A stretch of 63,510 nt of DNA, filler included, from Collodictyon triciliatum (GCA_043381765.1; 57 parts of 57 records of this genome joined end to end with filler, not necessarily neighbours in it), one strand, 5' to 3'. Positions 1 to 12,439 are shown, counted from the whole stretch's first letter. The notes: generated from the letters alone by a model not told the origin. A program made the numbers and translations.

Positions 1-1487
1 TAAACATAAAATAAAATTTTTCTTAAAAAAAAATTGATCAGAAACAAACAAAAAAAAAAAAAAAACATACTGCCTGCGAAAATATATGATATCGTGGAAT
101 CGGATCGGTTCCATACAAGTATGCCATCACTAGAGAAGTGATGTATACAACAAGAAATAAAATCCAGCAAATTTGATGGTAATACCTGTGGAAAAACTTC
201 ATGAGTGGTTGAGTAAATCAAAAAAAAAAAAAAAAAGACACGCGTCGTAATGGTTGACTGGTAAAGATTGTCTAATCTGAGAAGTACTTGTGTATTTTTG
301 ATGGCTGGAACGTAAATGTTGATAAAATAATCAGGATGACAGAAGAAATCAGCCCAGATATAAACCGAGAAAAGCTATTCTGATAACTGTATGTGATTTA
401 GGAATCAGGGCAAGAAGTATAGATAAAAGTCGGATTGATAAATGCTAAGGAGTGCTCCCATGATGCACAGCTCTCACAAAGGACAAGTACAATAATTGAT
501 TCAACTGCCTTATGAATTCAATAACTAACAAACCTGTCAAAAAGACTAGAGAAAGTGTAGATTCCTACTACAAGTACAGTTATCCATATGACTACCCTCA
601 AAGAAATCCCCAACCTGTTTGCCAGTCTGGATTTGTATTCATCTTCAATCTCATTACTTTCAAACCTATGTAATTGAAAGTAAGATATTAAGAACACTTA
701 ATAATGGTATATTAGATCCAAGTGACGACGGCCAACGCCGCCCCTTAAATCTATACATTAGAAAGATTCGTTCGGAGATAATAATCTACAAAGTCTTTCG
801 ACTGGAGCTGTAACCTTAAAGAAAATCTATTCATCTCTTGCAGGGTGCTGGTTCCAACAGGTACCTCCTCCCCAAATAGGAAGTCTATCTCTCTTTGCTC
901 TGCAACGCTATTACCTCTGCTCCTCTCTGAAAAGTCAAAGGGCGTAACCCTCATGACAAAGACGCTCCCGTTCCGCTCGGCTCGTGCGATACCTATCGAA
1001 CTACTTTGCGAGCGGCGACGNNNNNNNNNNNNNNNNNNNNNNNNNNNNNNNNNNNNNNNNNNNNTTAATTAATTAANNNNNNNNNNNNNNNNNNNNNNNN
1101 NNNNNNNNNNNNNNNNNNNNACCTTTTATGTTTCCAAAGGATTTTTAAGCAAGGGCAGTCTTCTGTCAAGCAGAACCACTCAAACCAGCCCCCACCCATC
1201 GTTATTGCGCCCACCCACCCACCCACCCACCCACCAACAAAGTACGCACCTATTCGCCCGCCAAAAAACAAAACACCCACACAGCTCCACCCAGCGAGAA
1301 AAGAATCCGAAACCGAAGCCGAAACCAAAACAAAAGCAAAATCAAAGGCAAGACCAAAAACCATTTCTTTTTCCTCCGCACGAGCGTCAAAGCCATTAGG
1401 GAGCGCGGTGTTTTTATAGGCAGAAATCTGCGTTCCTCAGAGAAGCCGAATATAAATAAACACACACACACACACACACACACAGAC

Positions 1488-1535
<48 letters not shown>

Positions 1536-1649
1536 GCAGCAGCAGCGATAGCGACAAACACGACACAGCAACCCGCAGAGACGACCACCGCGCCCGTGCC
1601 TGTGTTTGGTTTCATCAGACCCGCATTCCACCGCCCACCCGCCGCGCCA

Positions 1650-2140
1650 ATGACCGCCACCAACCGCAGCCACCCCCGCCTGGCAGAGCTGCTCGATGCC
1701 GTGACGATCGTGACACGAGGCAGCAGCCCCCCCACGCCCACCTCTGCCTCTGCCTCTGCCTCCACGCCCACCCCGCTCCGCCCGAGACCGCGACGTGCCC
1801 GCCCGGACGACGAGATCCACGCTGCGCCGCTGCCGAGGAGCCCTGCCACGCCGCTGCCGAAGCGCCCGTGCACAGAGCCCGGCGGGGAGAGCGACGCCCT
1901 GCCTGTGCCTGTACCTGTGCCTGTACCTGTGCCTGTGGCTGCGCCTGTGGCCATGCCCCTGCCCTACGCCTATGCCCCGCACCCGTACCCGTACCCGTAC
2001 CCCTACGCAGCGGCCCCCACACGCGTGCCCACCTGCCCCACCTGCCCCCCCGGCCCCGCCTGCCCCCACGCTGCCGCCCAGCTGGCCCACGTGCTCATCA
2101 CAAACCCGGCGCTGGCCAAGCTCGTTGCGCAGATCATCAC
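1650..2140 (+). CDS. Pro/Ala-rich hypothetical protein, N-terminal fragment
   Basis: GC-rich open frame MTATNRSHPRLAELLDAV... runs to the scaffold end. TATAAATAAA at ~1451 upstream. No family recognised. Confidence 0.4.
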
Positions 2141-2240
2141 NNNNNNNNNNNNNNNNNNNNNNNNNNNNNNNNNNNNNNNNNNNNTTAATTAATTAANNNN
2201 NNNNNNNNNNNNNNNNNNNNNNNNNNNNNNNNNNNNNNNN

Positions 2241-2376
2241 ATGCAATTCCTGATTACCGACTACTTCTCCGCCACCCGGCCACCAAGTAGCGTCCATGCA
2301 AACGATGGCTAGCGAACCAAAGCCAACACCTTCACCATCCTGCACAAAAGTTGAAAGGAAGAATAAAAAAAAAAAA
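2241..2376 (+). mobile_element. LINE 3' end (ORF2 C-terminus, 3' UTR, poly(A)), copy 1
   Basis: Near-identical to 24036-24167, 33160-33290, 39980-40136(-) and 62214-62399(-). Ends AATAAA plus an A-run. Confidence 0.85.
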
Positions 2377-3361
2377 GTTATCTGCGTGATTAACCAACTT
2401 AAATATGAATTCTTTGATTATTCATCAACGTGAGCTGTGAAAATGTGTACCATTGAGGACAACGCTTTTTATTCTGGCGGTTTAAATAATTTTTTGCTTC
2501 ATTACATCAGTTTATTGAAAGGTAACAGAGCTGAAAAAATACCCTCCTTTCGAGTTACATAATGACAGTCCAATAAATATTTATTTAGTAGATAATCACA
2601 AAATGTGTACTGTTACAAAAACAAATATATTTATAGTTTAATTTATTTTAATTCACATTTTTTTTACATGCAAAACAGCACAACATAAAATAGAAGAGAA
2701 ATTCAATTATATATGTTGTCATTTTATTACCAATTAAACCTCGTTCCGTGTTATATCTCATATTGTACATTGGCTACTAAACAAACCCCAAAACTCCCTA
2801 TCTCACACATATGTATGGAAGAGTAGAAATTATGTTGTGCATCTTATCAAGTTTCTATTATTCGGCAATATGAATTTTTTGCGCTATTTATTTTATACGT
2901 GCACTTAGAGCCGTATTGTGCGTAATAATGCCATACAATGATGGCTAAGTCTTGAATAAATGGAATCATAATCATGGCTAAGACCATTTGTAGGCGTTTT
3001 AATCATTATATTTATTGCTCCGGATGTTGCACTTTTTCATTTATAAACTTACTAGGATTAATACCCATGCTTCGCAACGAGCGTTTAAAATCCCATCTAA
3101 GATAAATAAAATGTAAAACACTGTCCCTATATTACACATATCAACATGAAATTCTACATATCACATATTTTGTGAAAACAGAAGCTTGTATTATTTGAAA
3201 ATATTTTAATTTTATTGATTATTTTATCTTTTTTTGTTTGTTGTTGGATGTATCCATTAANNNNNNNNNNNNNNNNNNNNNNNNNNNNNNNNNNNNNNNN
3301 NNNNTTAATTAATTAANNNNNNNNNNNNNNNNNNNNNNNNNNNNNNNNNNNNNNNNNNNNG

Positions 3362-3580
3362 TCGAGCTCTGTTAGAAACATGAGCATTCAAAGACTGACG
3401 GCTTATCTCGAGGAGAGGAATGCCAATCCGAAGCTGATACAGGCCTGCAAAGAGAACGACATTGGGGGTGCAGAGTTCGTTGTCCTTACCGAGGAGGATC
3501 TGAAGACTCTTGTTCCAGAGTTTAAGATCTTCCACATCCGAGCCGCCCTCAATCTCATCGAGGAGGCCAAGCGCACCTAA
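3362..3580 (+). CDS. SAM (sterile alpha motif) domain protein, C-terminal fragment
   Basis: SVRNMSIQRLTAYLEER...CKENDIGGAEFVVLTEEDLKTL fits the SAM pattern (eneIdG..Ll.LteedLkel). The frame is open from the scaffold start. Confidence 0.7.
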   Translation, partial: SSSVRNMSIQRLTAYLEERNANPKLIQACKENDIGGAEFVVLTEEDLKTLVPEFKIFHIRAALNLIEEAKRT

Positions 3581-4675
3581 TCACCGCCCCACTCCCTCGT
3601 TCATTCCATGGGTTTTGCAGCATTCGCTTGACCCTTTGTTGATTTCTGTCCCAATCCCCACACATCCCTATCGCACCCGCAACTGAATAAAGGAAAAACA
3701 AAACTATTCTTTGCCCCGCTCCTCCGTCATCTCGCAATAGAAAAAAGTAACCGTTTGCTGCTTTTGTTGATTGGTTGCATTGCTGGAAAAAAAGCTGGTT
3801 CTTCCGCGAGCCTGTGGTGCGTGTAACCGAAATCCGTTTTCACGGAACGGGAAGTCGTTACATTGGTGTCATTTATACAAAAGTGGATAATATATTGACA
3901 AGATCATATTTAATTATAATAGATATTAATTATCAGTTGTATTGAATTGTTTGAATAAATATATTATTAATAATATACATAATGATTATTTTACTTATGG
4001 TGCACCGTCACTGAATGTTCCAATTACAAATGCGACACAGAAACACCTTTGCACAGACCCGAAAATGCTGCAGTGCAATTGAAAAAAAAGTCGGCTTCTC
4101 TTGTGCGCTAGGAAAATAGTATAGATAGCAGGCGACTTACATAAAATCGCTATAATTGCCAAGTTGACAGATTGCCTATATTGGCCTTAATCTGGTGCAT
4201 TTTGGGTAATTTTCTTTGAATGGTTCGAAAATCGTGACAGAAATTCTCAACCCGAATTTGGAATTGACTACATGAACTTTTCGTCCAATTGGTTCATATT
4301 CACTGAATTGAAAGTTTTGGCGATTTACTTCTTTTGTCATAGTTCACAGAATTTATAATTCAATGAATATATCCAAAATANNNNNNNNNNNNNNNNNNNN
4401 NNNNNNNNNNNNNNNNNNNNNNNNTTAATTAATTAANNNNNNNNNNNNNNNNNNNNNNNNNNNNNNNNNNNNNNNNNNNNAAGAGATAAAGAGATAAAGA
4501 GATAAAGAGATAAAGAGATAAAGAGATAAAGAGATAAAGAGATAAAGAGATAAAGAGATAAAGAGATAAAGAGATAAAGAGATAAAGAGATAAACATATA
4601 ACGATTGGGAAACGCGAAGTCGAAAAAAAATACTAAATGAAAGAAAATTCCATGGCATATGTAGAGTGGACTTAC

Positions 4676-5262
4676 TTTCGAACCGATGTGTTGTTTCCAA
4701 TCACTTTCGCTAGCGCTGCTGCCCCACGGTCTCCAATTTTATTGTAAGCTAGGTCAACTTCCTGCAAACTCATTTAGTTCATCTCATTTCCTTTGATGTC
4801 TTTCTATGTCACATCAACTTCCCTCCTCATGGCTGTGATAAATCGAAACTGGAACACATCTAGTCTGTAATCAAGATAGGTAAACTAAGTACACCCTTAC
4901 CTCGATCTGAGGGTTTGAGACAAGGAGTGATGCAATCAAACTTCCTCCGTCACTCGCGATGTGGTTGCTGCTCATAAAGTGACCCGCCACATTAAAATGC
5001 ATACAAACTTTTGGTTCATATCTACTCCGCATTACCAAGCTCATATACATTTCTTTTTTTTTAAAAAAAAATAGAGATAACAAAATAGAAGTATCATTTC
5101 GAATCACCCGCGTAGAATCAACGAGCGGATGGACTTGTTCTCTCGCATATACGTCATAAAGAACTCCAAATAAGAGTCTTCAATCCAATGCTTGGAAATA
5201 TCCAAGACTTTGAGACCCGTGTTCTCTCGCACCATGATACCGATGTGGCGCATGCTCTCTTC
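4676..5262 (-). CDS. LRRC34: RNI-type leucine-rich repeat protein, LRRC34-like (exons 5262-5108, 4967-4901, 4761-4676)
   Basis: Spliced GT-AG translation EESMRHIGIMVRENTGLKVLDISKHWIED...LILRGNHIASDGGSLIASLLVSNPQIEEVDLAYNKIGDRGAAALA resembles LRRC34 as recalled (EES..HIG.M..EN, KH.I). Orthology not verified by search. Confidence 0.7.
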
Positions 5263-5895
5263 CTACAGCCAGATTACGATTGGGTTATTGAAATTCTGCC
5301 TGTGTCCACCAGGGCGCACCGTTAGACTGTAAAGGGATGATAATGATAATGATAATGATAATGATAATGATAATGATAATGATAATGATAATGATTAAGA
5401 TTAAGATAAAGATAAAGATAAAGATAAAGATAAAGATAAAGATAAAGATAAAGATAAAGATAAAGATAAAGATAAAGATAAAGATAAAGATAAAGATAAA
5501 NNNNNNNNNNNNNNNNNNNNNNNNNNNNNNNNNNNNNNNNNNNNTTAATTAATTAANNNNNNNNNNNNNNNNNNNNNNNNNNNNNNNNNNNNNNNNNNNN
5601 TTTTTCTTTTCTTTTTTCTTTTCTTTTTTCTTTTCTTTTTTCTTTTCTTTTTTCTTTTCTTTTTTCTTTTCTTTTTTCTTTTCTTTTTTCTTTTTTCTTT
5701 TTTGAGCCCCAGTTAACAATATAATATCAACACCACGCTCAAGTCTTTTATGAATAAATAAAATGATAAATTATTGATTTTAAATATTTAGAATGAAGAA
5801 ATGGAAGGAGAGGGCAATAAAAGGCATGAACACCAAACAGCCTATAAAATAGTAAATGAGATCATATATTGATAGTCCCCCTCCCTATCCAACAA

Positions 5896-5967
5896 GCGGG
5901 TGTAGCTCAGTGGTAGAGCGTTCGACTGCAGATCGAATGGTCGCCGGTTCAATTCCGGTCGCTCGCT
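5896..5967 (+). tRNA. tRNA-Cys(GCA)
   Basis: Full cloverleaf: acceptor GCGGGTG/CGCTCGC, D arm GCTC/GAGC, anticodon stem TTCGA/TCGAA with loop CTGCAGA, T loop TTCAATT, discriminator U. Followed by a TTTTT Pol III terminator. Confidence 0.97.
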
Positions 5968-8900
5968 TTTTGGCCGGCGAGATGCTCATACGTTTCTCTC
6001 GGAATTATTCTCACTTGTGGTGTTTGGACAAAATTGCTTCACAGCGAGGAAAGTGTCACAGGGAGGAGTTCATATTGCCAAAGACAGGGAGCGCGCTGAG
6101 TCGCATAAGACACACTTTTTACTACCTCCAAAGAACAACCAAAAGAGGGGTAACCAGGGGCGTTCGAATACACGAACATAGCGGCGCATTCATAACTGGT
6201 ATGGACACCCAGAAGCGGTGGCTTTGCACCCGACAAGAATCGAATGGCTTTCCATCCCAGCAGTAATTCTTTCCAATTTTGTATTTATTTGTGGTTAACT
6301 TTTGAATCGTACGATTTCTCTGTATATTCCATGCAGCAAAGTTCTCGAGGCAAGCAGAAAGAGAGACAAACCTATGACTTAATTTACAGATAATCAACAA
6401 AGTCATAGGGTAAACGAATTTTTGCATTTAGGACTTTTTTTTCGTCTTTTTCTATATATATATTTTTAATTTACACCACAATCATTGTCCTAAATACAAT
6501 AATAGGAGCATGAAACGTATGAGAAAATATTATCCAGTTATGTATAGTTTCATCGAAAGTGGTCACATTTTCTTTCTTTTTTTTCCTTGCCAAACCACCC
6601 AGGGAAGAAAATTTTTTCATNNNNNNNNNNNNNNNNNNNNNNNNNNNNNNNNNNNNNNNNNNNNTTAATTAATTAANNNNNNNNNNNNNNNNNNNNNNNN
6701 NNNNNNNNNNNNNNNNNNNNAGCTTGGAATAGATATGATATCCAGCATAGCTCCCCATGCCGTTACTTTTTGCCGCGAAATGAAAGAAAGATTCATTGAT
6801 TATGTCTTAACATGTACAATTTTTTATGAATTATACATAATCTGCCGCGAAAATATGTCAATTCTTAGTCGATTCTTTTTTTTTTTTAGTAACGGCCTTT
6901 GAACAGAAGGAATATTACAACTGCACATAATAAAATGCGTACCTATGGAAAGTATATTATCATGAACATTATCATTAACATTATCATTAACATAGCAAAA
7001 AAACAAAAGCACCAGAACATCGCATTGTATTAGTTGAAGAGAAAAGCACATTGTGCGCACCAAATGGCCCACATATCGACAATATCCAATCATATATCTG
7101 ATGGAAAGGGAATGCAGTCCGCGATCTAAAAAACCATTAAATCAAAGCACTTTGATACATTCAACTGCTGATTGTTGCTCTTGAAAGCACTGCAGGCACA
7201 TATCGCTATTGGAATTCAAAGTCTAGTTTGCTAACTCGTTAACTTCTTTTCCTTCTTTTTTTCATTAGTTTATTGATCAAACACATCGCCAAAGATGAAA
7301 ACCGATTCTTTTTAATCTATGTTTTTTTGAAAAGGCTGATATTTTTGATGCGGGGTTAATTGACGCGCACCACCTTTCGAGTATCTTTACTGACCCATTA
7401 TAATGGCTTACAAAACCCAGCACAAAGAAAAGTTTTATGCTATAATATTACTTTTTTTTACTTTTCAAAAGGTATATGTGATATTGTTGGACATTCTGAA
7501 AAAATAATAACTTATTAGATCACTGCTAGAAATCTTTTTTTTTGTAAGTTACTGATCTCGCACTATCGCTAAGGTCAATGTGGCTCATTGATTTTTTCCT
7601 TTCATATTTTTTTTTAAAGTAAGGGTTTTATTATGATTCTACAGCCCGCCCTAGTTGTTGCGCCTTGGTTGAAAGCACGAACGCGTTTTGGATTCATATG
7701 CAGGTCGGTGTAGTATAGAAACAAAATTCATGACTCATCTNNNNNNNNNNNNNNNNNNNNNNNNNNNNNNNNNNNNNNNNNNNNTTAATTAATTAANNNN
7801 NNNNNNNNNNNNNNNNNNNNNNNNNNNNNNNNNNNNNNNNTGTTGTGAAGTTTAACATATCTTCGAAAGTTAGGATCGTGTAGAGAAAGCTATGTCGCGA
7901 ATAAATATATTTAGGGATTAAAGGAGCAGCAAATTTGATAAGTATTTATAAATATAATTGACGTTACCATTCGAACACCAAAGTTTTCTTCTCCATTTGA
8001 AGACGATATGCAAAGGGAGTGTGCATTTGAATTCATATCTGACAGCTTCCCATTCTATTTATAATTAACAATAATCGTTTCCTCTCCGAAACACTTAAGT
8101 TTGTATTTTTTTTTTAATAATTATTCTTTTCGTATGACCGACTAAATACTTCAATGCGGATTTCGTTGATGTGTGTCAAAAGAAGTCCAGTAGATAATCC
8201 ATCATATTGGGGCATATATTGAGGGGGATTTGATTGTATTGCATGGTTGTCATCAAAATCACGACACCTATTTTATTCAAATTCATACATATCTAAAAAA
8301 TGTACAATAATAATAATAATTTGGAAAATGAGAAAAAGGGAATCTAATGCATTTCTGTAAAAAGCAGACACGAGAGAGGTACTATAATGGATTACATACC
8401 ACGACTCTTTGTGGGCTATAATCTCCTTTTCCAAGATGTCGATATTAGACTTCGCCTTGTAGGAGCAGTCGAATATGTATATAAAAATGAAGTCAATTTA
8501 CAACAGGAACAAAAAAAATGTCAATTAAGTTTTGTATAGTAAGAGTCCTGAAAAATAGATGACAGTACAAGCAAACAAACATACCTTTTCTATCTCGGAC
8601 AGAATAGCAGCTTTAGATTTTTCGTATCTTTCAATCTCTTGCTTCATTTGCATCTTAATATTTTCAAGCTCCGGACAGGATGTTCTTTTTATACACGGAG
8701 CATAAATCGGACGAATTTCTCTTGGCTTTGACTACACATTTTTCTCATATGAGTGGATAAAAAAGAATAAAAGAATAAAAGAATAAAAGAATAAAAGAAT
8801 AAAAGAATAAAAGAATAAAAGAATAAAAGAATAAAAGAATAAAAGAATAAAAGAATAAAANNNNNNNNNNNNNNNNNNNNNNNNNNNNNNNNNNNNNNNN

Positions 8901-9176
8901 NNNNTTAATTAATTAANNNNNNNNNNNNNNNNNNNNNNNNNNNNNNNNNNNNNNNNNNNNTTTGTTTTGTTTTGTTTTGTTTTGTTTTGTTTTGTTTTCC
9001 TTTCCCTTCCTTTGTTTTCTCTTGTTTTCTTATCTAATCGTTGCTTTCCTACTCACTTTTTTTTTTAAAAAAAAACATGTACGCGAGTTACAACACAACG
9101 AGGTTTGTGAAAAAAAAAAACAGAAATGAAAAGAGAAAAAAATATACAAAAAGAAAAAGAAAAGAACTTGAAGTCT

Positions 9177-9456
9177 CTTTCCTCTATGGCTCCCTTCGCC
9201 ACCTCTCGTGTTTTGTGACCCAGACCCTGTGAGAAGGGACATCTGGAAAGGGGCTGAGAATGAGATTCACCTCACCTTCCCTCTCTCGTGCAAACATAAG
9301 ACACAGACTACTGATTAAAGCACGTGATGCAACTCCTGAGTACCGACTACTTCTTGGCCACTCGGCTTTTATGTTGCGACTCGAAAAAACAAGGCCAGCG
9401 AACCAAAGCCAAAACCTTCGTTAGCTTGCGCAAAATATACAAAAAATAAAAAAAAA
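9177..9456 (+). mobile_element. Diverged LINE 3' end, copy 2, followed by an A-rich microsatellite tail to ~9611
   Basis: Aligns with ~33020-33290 (GTGAGAAGGGACATCTGGAAA ... GATGCAACTCCTGAGTACCGACTACTTC ... GCGAACCAAAGCC). Reading frame is disrupted. Confidence 0.7.
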
Positions 9457-9510
9457 CAAAAAAACAAAAAAACAAAAAAACAAAAAAATAAAAAATAAAA
9501 AATAAAAAAT

Positions 9511-9547
<37 letters not shown>

Positions 9548-9551
9548 AAAT

Positions 9552-9584
<33 letters not shown>

Positions 9585-9810
9585 ACAAAAAAAAATAAAA
9601 AAAATAAAAAATTCAGGAATGCCTTTCGTTCACAACATTTGCCAGTTTATTCTATTGCGTATAAATACTCAGATTATAATACTTTTTGGTGAACGTAATT
9701 ATCTTTATCATCGAATACATGTACAGTTTAAGGCGATAATCCACATTTATGGGCTTCGCCTTTGAATATTCCATCCTTTGAGTATCCCTTTTTGATGGGC
9801 TGCGTTAACA

Positions 9811-9979
9811 GGTCGACGAAAGTACGCACATGGCAGTTACTTCTCAAATCGATTCCGACGAGTCCTTTCAACCATCTAACTCAGACAAGGTTTACATCCT
9901 ATTTCATTCCACTGGATGAGTCTTTTGAGGGGACAACGGGTCACTTTCCTTGCGTTTCTTGCTGGGCGACTCAGACAAA
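9811..9979. repeat. Unclassified dispersed repeat family B, partial copy
   Basis: Matches ~41611-41778 and, inverted, ~44925-45090 (GAAAGTACGCAC...CGGGTCACTTTCCTTGCGTTTCTTGCTGGGC). Confidence 0.85.
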
Positions 9980-11006
9980 NNNNNNNNNNNNNNNNNNNNN
10001 NNNNNNNNNNNNNNNNNNNNNNNTTAATTAATTAANNNNNNNNNNNNNNNNNNNNNNNNNNNNNNNNNNNNNNNNNNNNTATATCCGTGTTTTATGTCCG
10101 TGTTTTATGTCCGTGTTTTATGTCCGTGTTTTATGTCCGTGTTTTATGTCCGTGTTTTATGTCCGTGTTTTATGTCCGTGTTAAATGTGTTTGAAAAAGG
10201 ACAAGGTCGACAAATTGGATGGAAAGGAAAAGGAATCAACGAGAAGAGAGTATCTTTGACGCATGGATAAGCAGAATGTTGGCACAACCTTTTCTCGAAG
10301 GGTTAGTTTAGTGTTGGCGATGTTGTGGTGTGTTCATCGTTTGCCCATCACGAAAATGTCGTGCGCGATGTGATGCTAGAAAAAAAAAATTCGAATAAAA
10401 GCCTACATCACCCTGCATGATGGCGGAAGAGCGAGTCAAGTTAAGAAAAAATCCACCACAGCCCATGTATCCGGCAATGTCCATTAATTCATGGCTCTTT
10501 GGTGCAACGCGATATAATCGCTTGTGGAACCGCATAGTTATATTCGACAAAGTACCTCTCCTCGCAAAAACCTTTGGCCAGGAAGCGAGCCGGGGGATAC
10601 TACTTCAACTGTCCCGATGAAATACTCCTGCTATCGCCGCAATATGAGACATATCCAAAACATGCAGATATAACGCCGGCCGCGGGCTCTTTCGCCTGTG
10701 CCTTTTGTTGGGCAAATCTATATATGGCATCATAAACTTTTAAATAACCCAATGAACTCTTCCATAATTTATACATTTGTGGAAAATATGAAATATATTA
10801 ATTTATAATCCATAATGATTCCTTTACAACCTGAAAAGCACTAAAATAGCAATATATATATATATTAGAAGATTCTACATTGATCGAACAAGCTGGGTTT
10901 TCCTTCCTGTTCGCCGCAGAACAAATAAATGCTGCACAGTTGGATACTTTGCACATGAGAAAAAAAAAAGAAAAAAAAGAAAAAAAAGAAAAAAAAGAAA
11001 AAAAAG

Positions 11007-11098
<92 letters not shown>

Positions 11099-11198
11099 NN
11101 NNNNNNNNNNNNNNNNNNNNNNNNNNNNNNNNNNNNNNNNNNTTAATTAATTAANNNNNNNNNNNNNNNNNNNNNNNNNNNNNNNNNNNNNNNNNNNN

Positions 11199-11468
11199 TT
11201 CCAAGGAAGCACAAGCACACAAGTTCTGCACAAGTCGTCTTCTCTGAAAAATCCGCCGGCCTTTGCGGGATATTTAATGTCGTCTTGTCGAAATCCTCAC
11301 TTTTTTTTTATTCACAAAGTACTTTCTGATCTCCGTGTGCACAACCCCACCATCCTGACTCGAGTAATTCTGTCTGTGTGATTGTCAAGTCCACTCAAAA
11401 AAAAATAAATGATGTGTATTGTATTGACACCCAGCCAGTCCACATATACACAGACGGAATCTGTCCAG
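11199..11468 (+). promoter_or_regulatory. Conserved upstream block of the variable LRR family (promoter/5' UTR, possibly with a UTR intron)
   Basis: Near-identical to 13042-13321(-) and 59905-60177(-). Indels in its T-run argue against coding. Function is inferred from position only. Confidence 0.55.
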
Positions 11469-12217
11469 ATGTCTGACCACCTCACACCTGCCCAAGTGGA
11501 TGCACTGATGGAAGAAGTCCGGAAAATCTCTGGTGATGGCTATGGGAGATCATTTGCTGATATTGCCACTCTGAAAGGATCCACATCTCTGAGTCTCTAT
11601 GGCAGGAAACTGTCATCTGTGCCGCCTGGTGTTTTCTTGTTGACTGGTCTGAAAGTATTGGGTCTTGGTAGAAATCTGTTGTCATCGCTACCTGCACAAA
11701 TATCGTGTTTGACTGGTCTCAGTGTTCTTTCTGTTCGTGGCAATCAGCTGTCATCACTACCTGCACAAATATCGTGTTTGACTGGTCTCACAGCATTGAG
11801 TCTTGAAGGCAATCAGTTGTCATCACTACCTGCACAAATATCGTGTTTGACTGGTCTCAGTATACTTGGTGTTCATGTAAATCCGGTATGTTTTTATTCA
11901 TATATTATATTACTATTATGTTTAAAAGAAAATGACTGACAACGATACACGCAGATGGAGGAGCTTCCAGCACAGATCACAGCGCTCACAAATCTGAAAG
12001 AACTCTGTATAAATCTTGGAAACCCACAAACCATAAAGAGAGCCCCTCGTGGCATCTCAAATCTCCCCTGCTGGAGTAACACAGGACACGGTGACTACAA
12101 ACACATCCGCGCTCTGCAGCTCTACGACCCCGTAAGCACACATCCACCCCCAACCCCCACATACACAACACAGGACACAACTAACATAACCCTAGGTCGA
12201 TACCGCAGCTGAAGAAG
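11469..12217 (+). CDS. Variable LRR family protein, copy A (exons 11469-11885, 11955-12131, 12196->12217; 3' truncated)
   Basis: 23-aa LRRs LxxLxLxxNxLSSLPAQISCLTG. GT-AG introns with ACTGAC/ACTAAC branch points join NP|MEELP and YDP|VDTAAEE in frame. Confidence 0.9.
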
Positions 12218-12439
12218 NNNNNNNNNNNNNNNNNNNNNNNNNNNNNNNNNNNNNNNNNNNNTTAATTAATTAANNNNNNNNNNNNNNNNNNNNNNNNNNN
12301 NNNNNNNNNNNNNNNNNTCAGGAGATCTGCGTAGTTGCCGCGGGCTAGGCGGCTGGTTGGGGCTGCGTAGATGCCGGACTGGATGTTGGGACTGGCTGCA
12401 ACCTGTGTAAGTGGAGTGTTTGGGTGTCAGGTAAGTCTG

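Noticed and set aside
1021-1120. Regularly spaced TTAATTAATTAA motif resembling a repeat array or CRISPR
   Set aside because: It is always embedded in fixed N runs, so it is an assembly linker with stops in six frames.
2241-2376. LINE 3' repeat as a stand-alone ncRNA or ribozyme
   Set aside because: The copy at 32575-33290 shows it is the ORF2 C-terminus and UTR of a LINE, and no ribozyme core was recognised.
3362-3580. SAM domain as the missing C-terminal effector of the variable LRR family
   Set aside because: There is no sequence overlap or linkage between the scaffolds.
9908-9945. Hammerhead-like motif in repeat B (CTGGATGAG-stem-GACAAC) and a similar one at 45260-45295(-)
   Set aside because: The CUGANGA and GAAA core sequences are not intact and stems I and III were not found.
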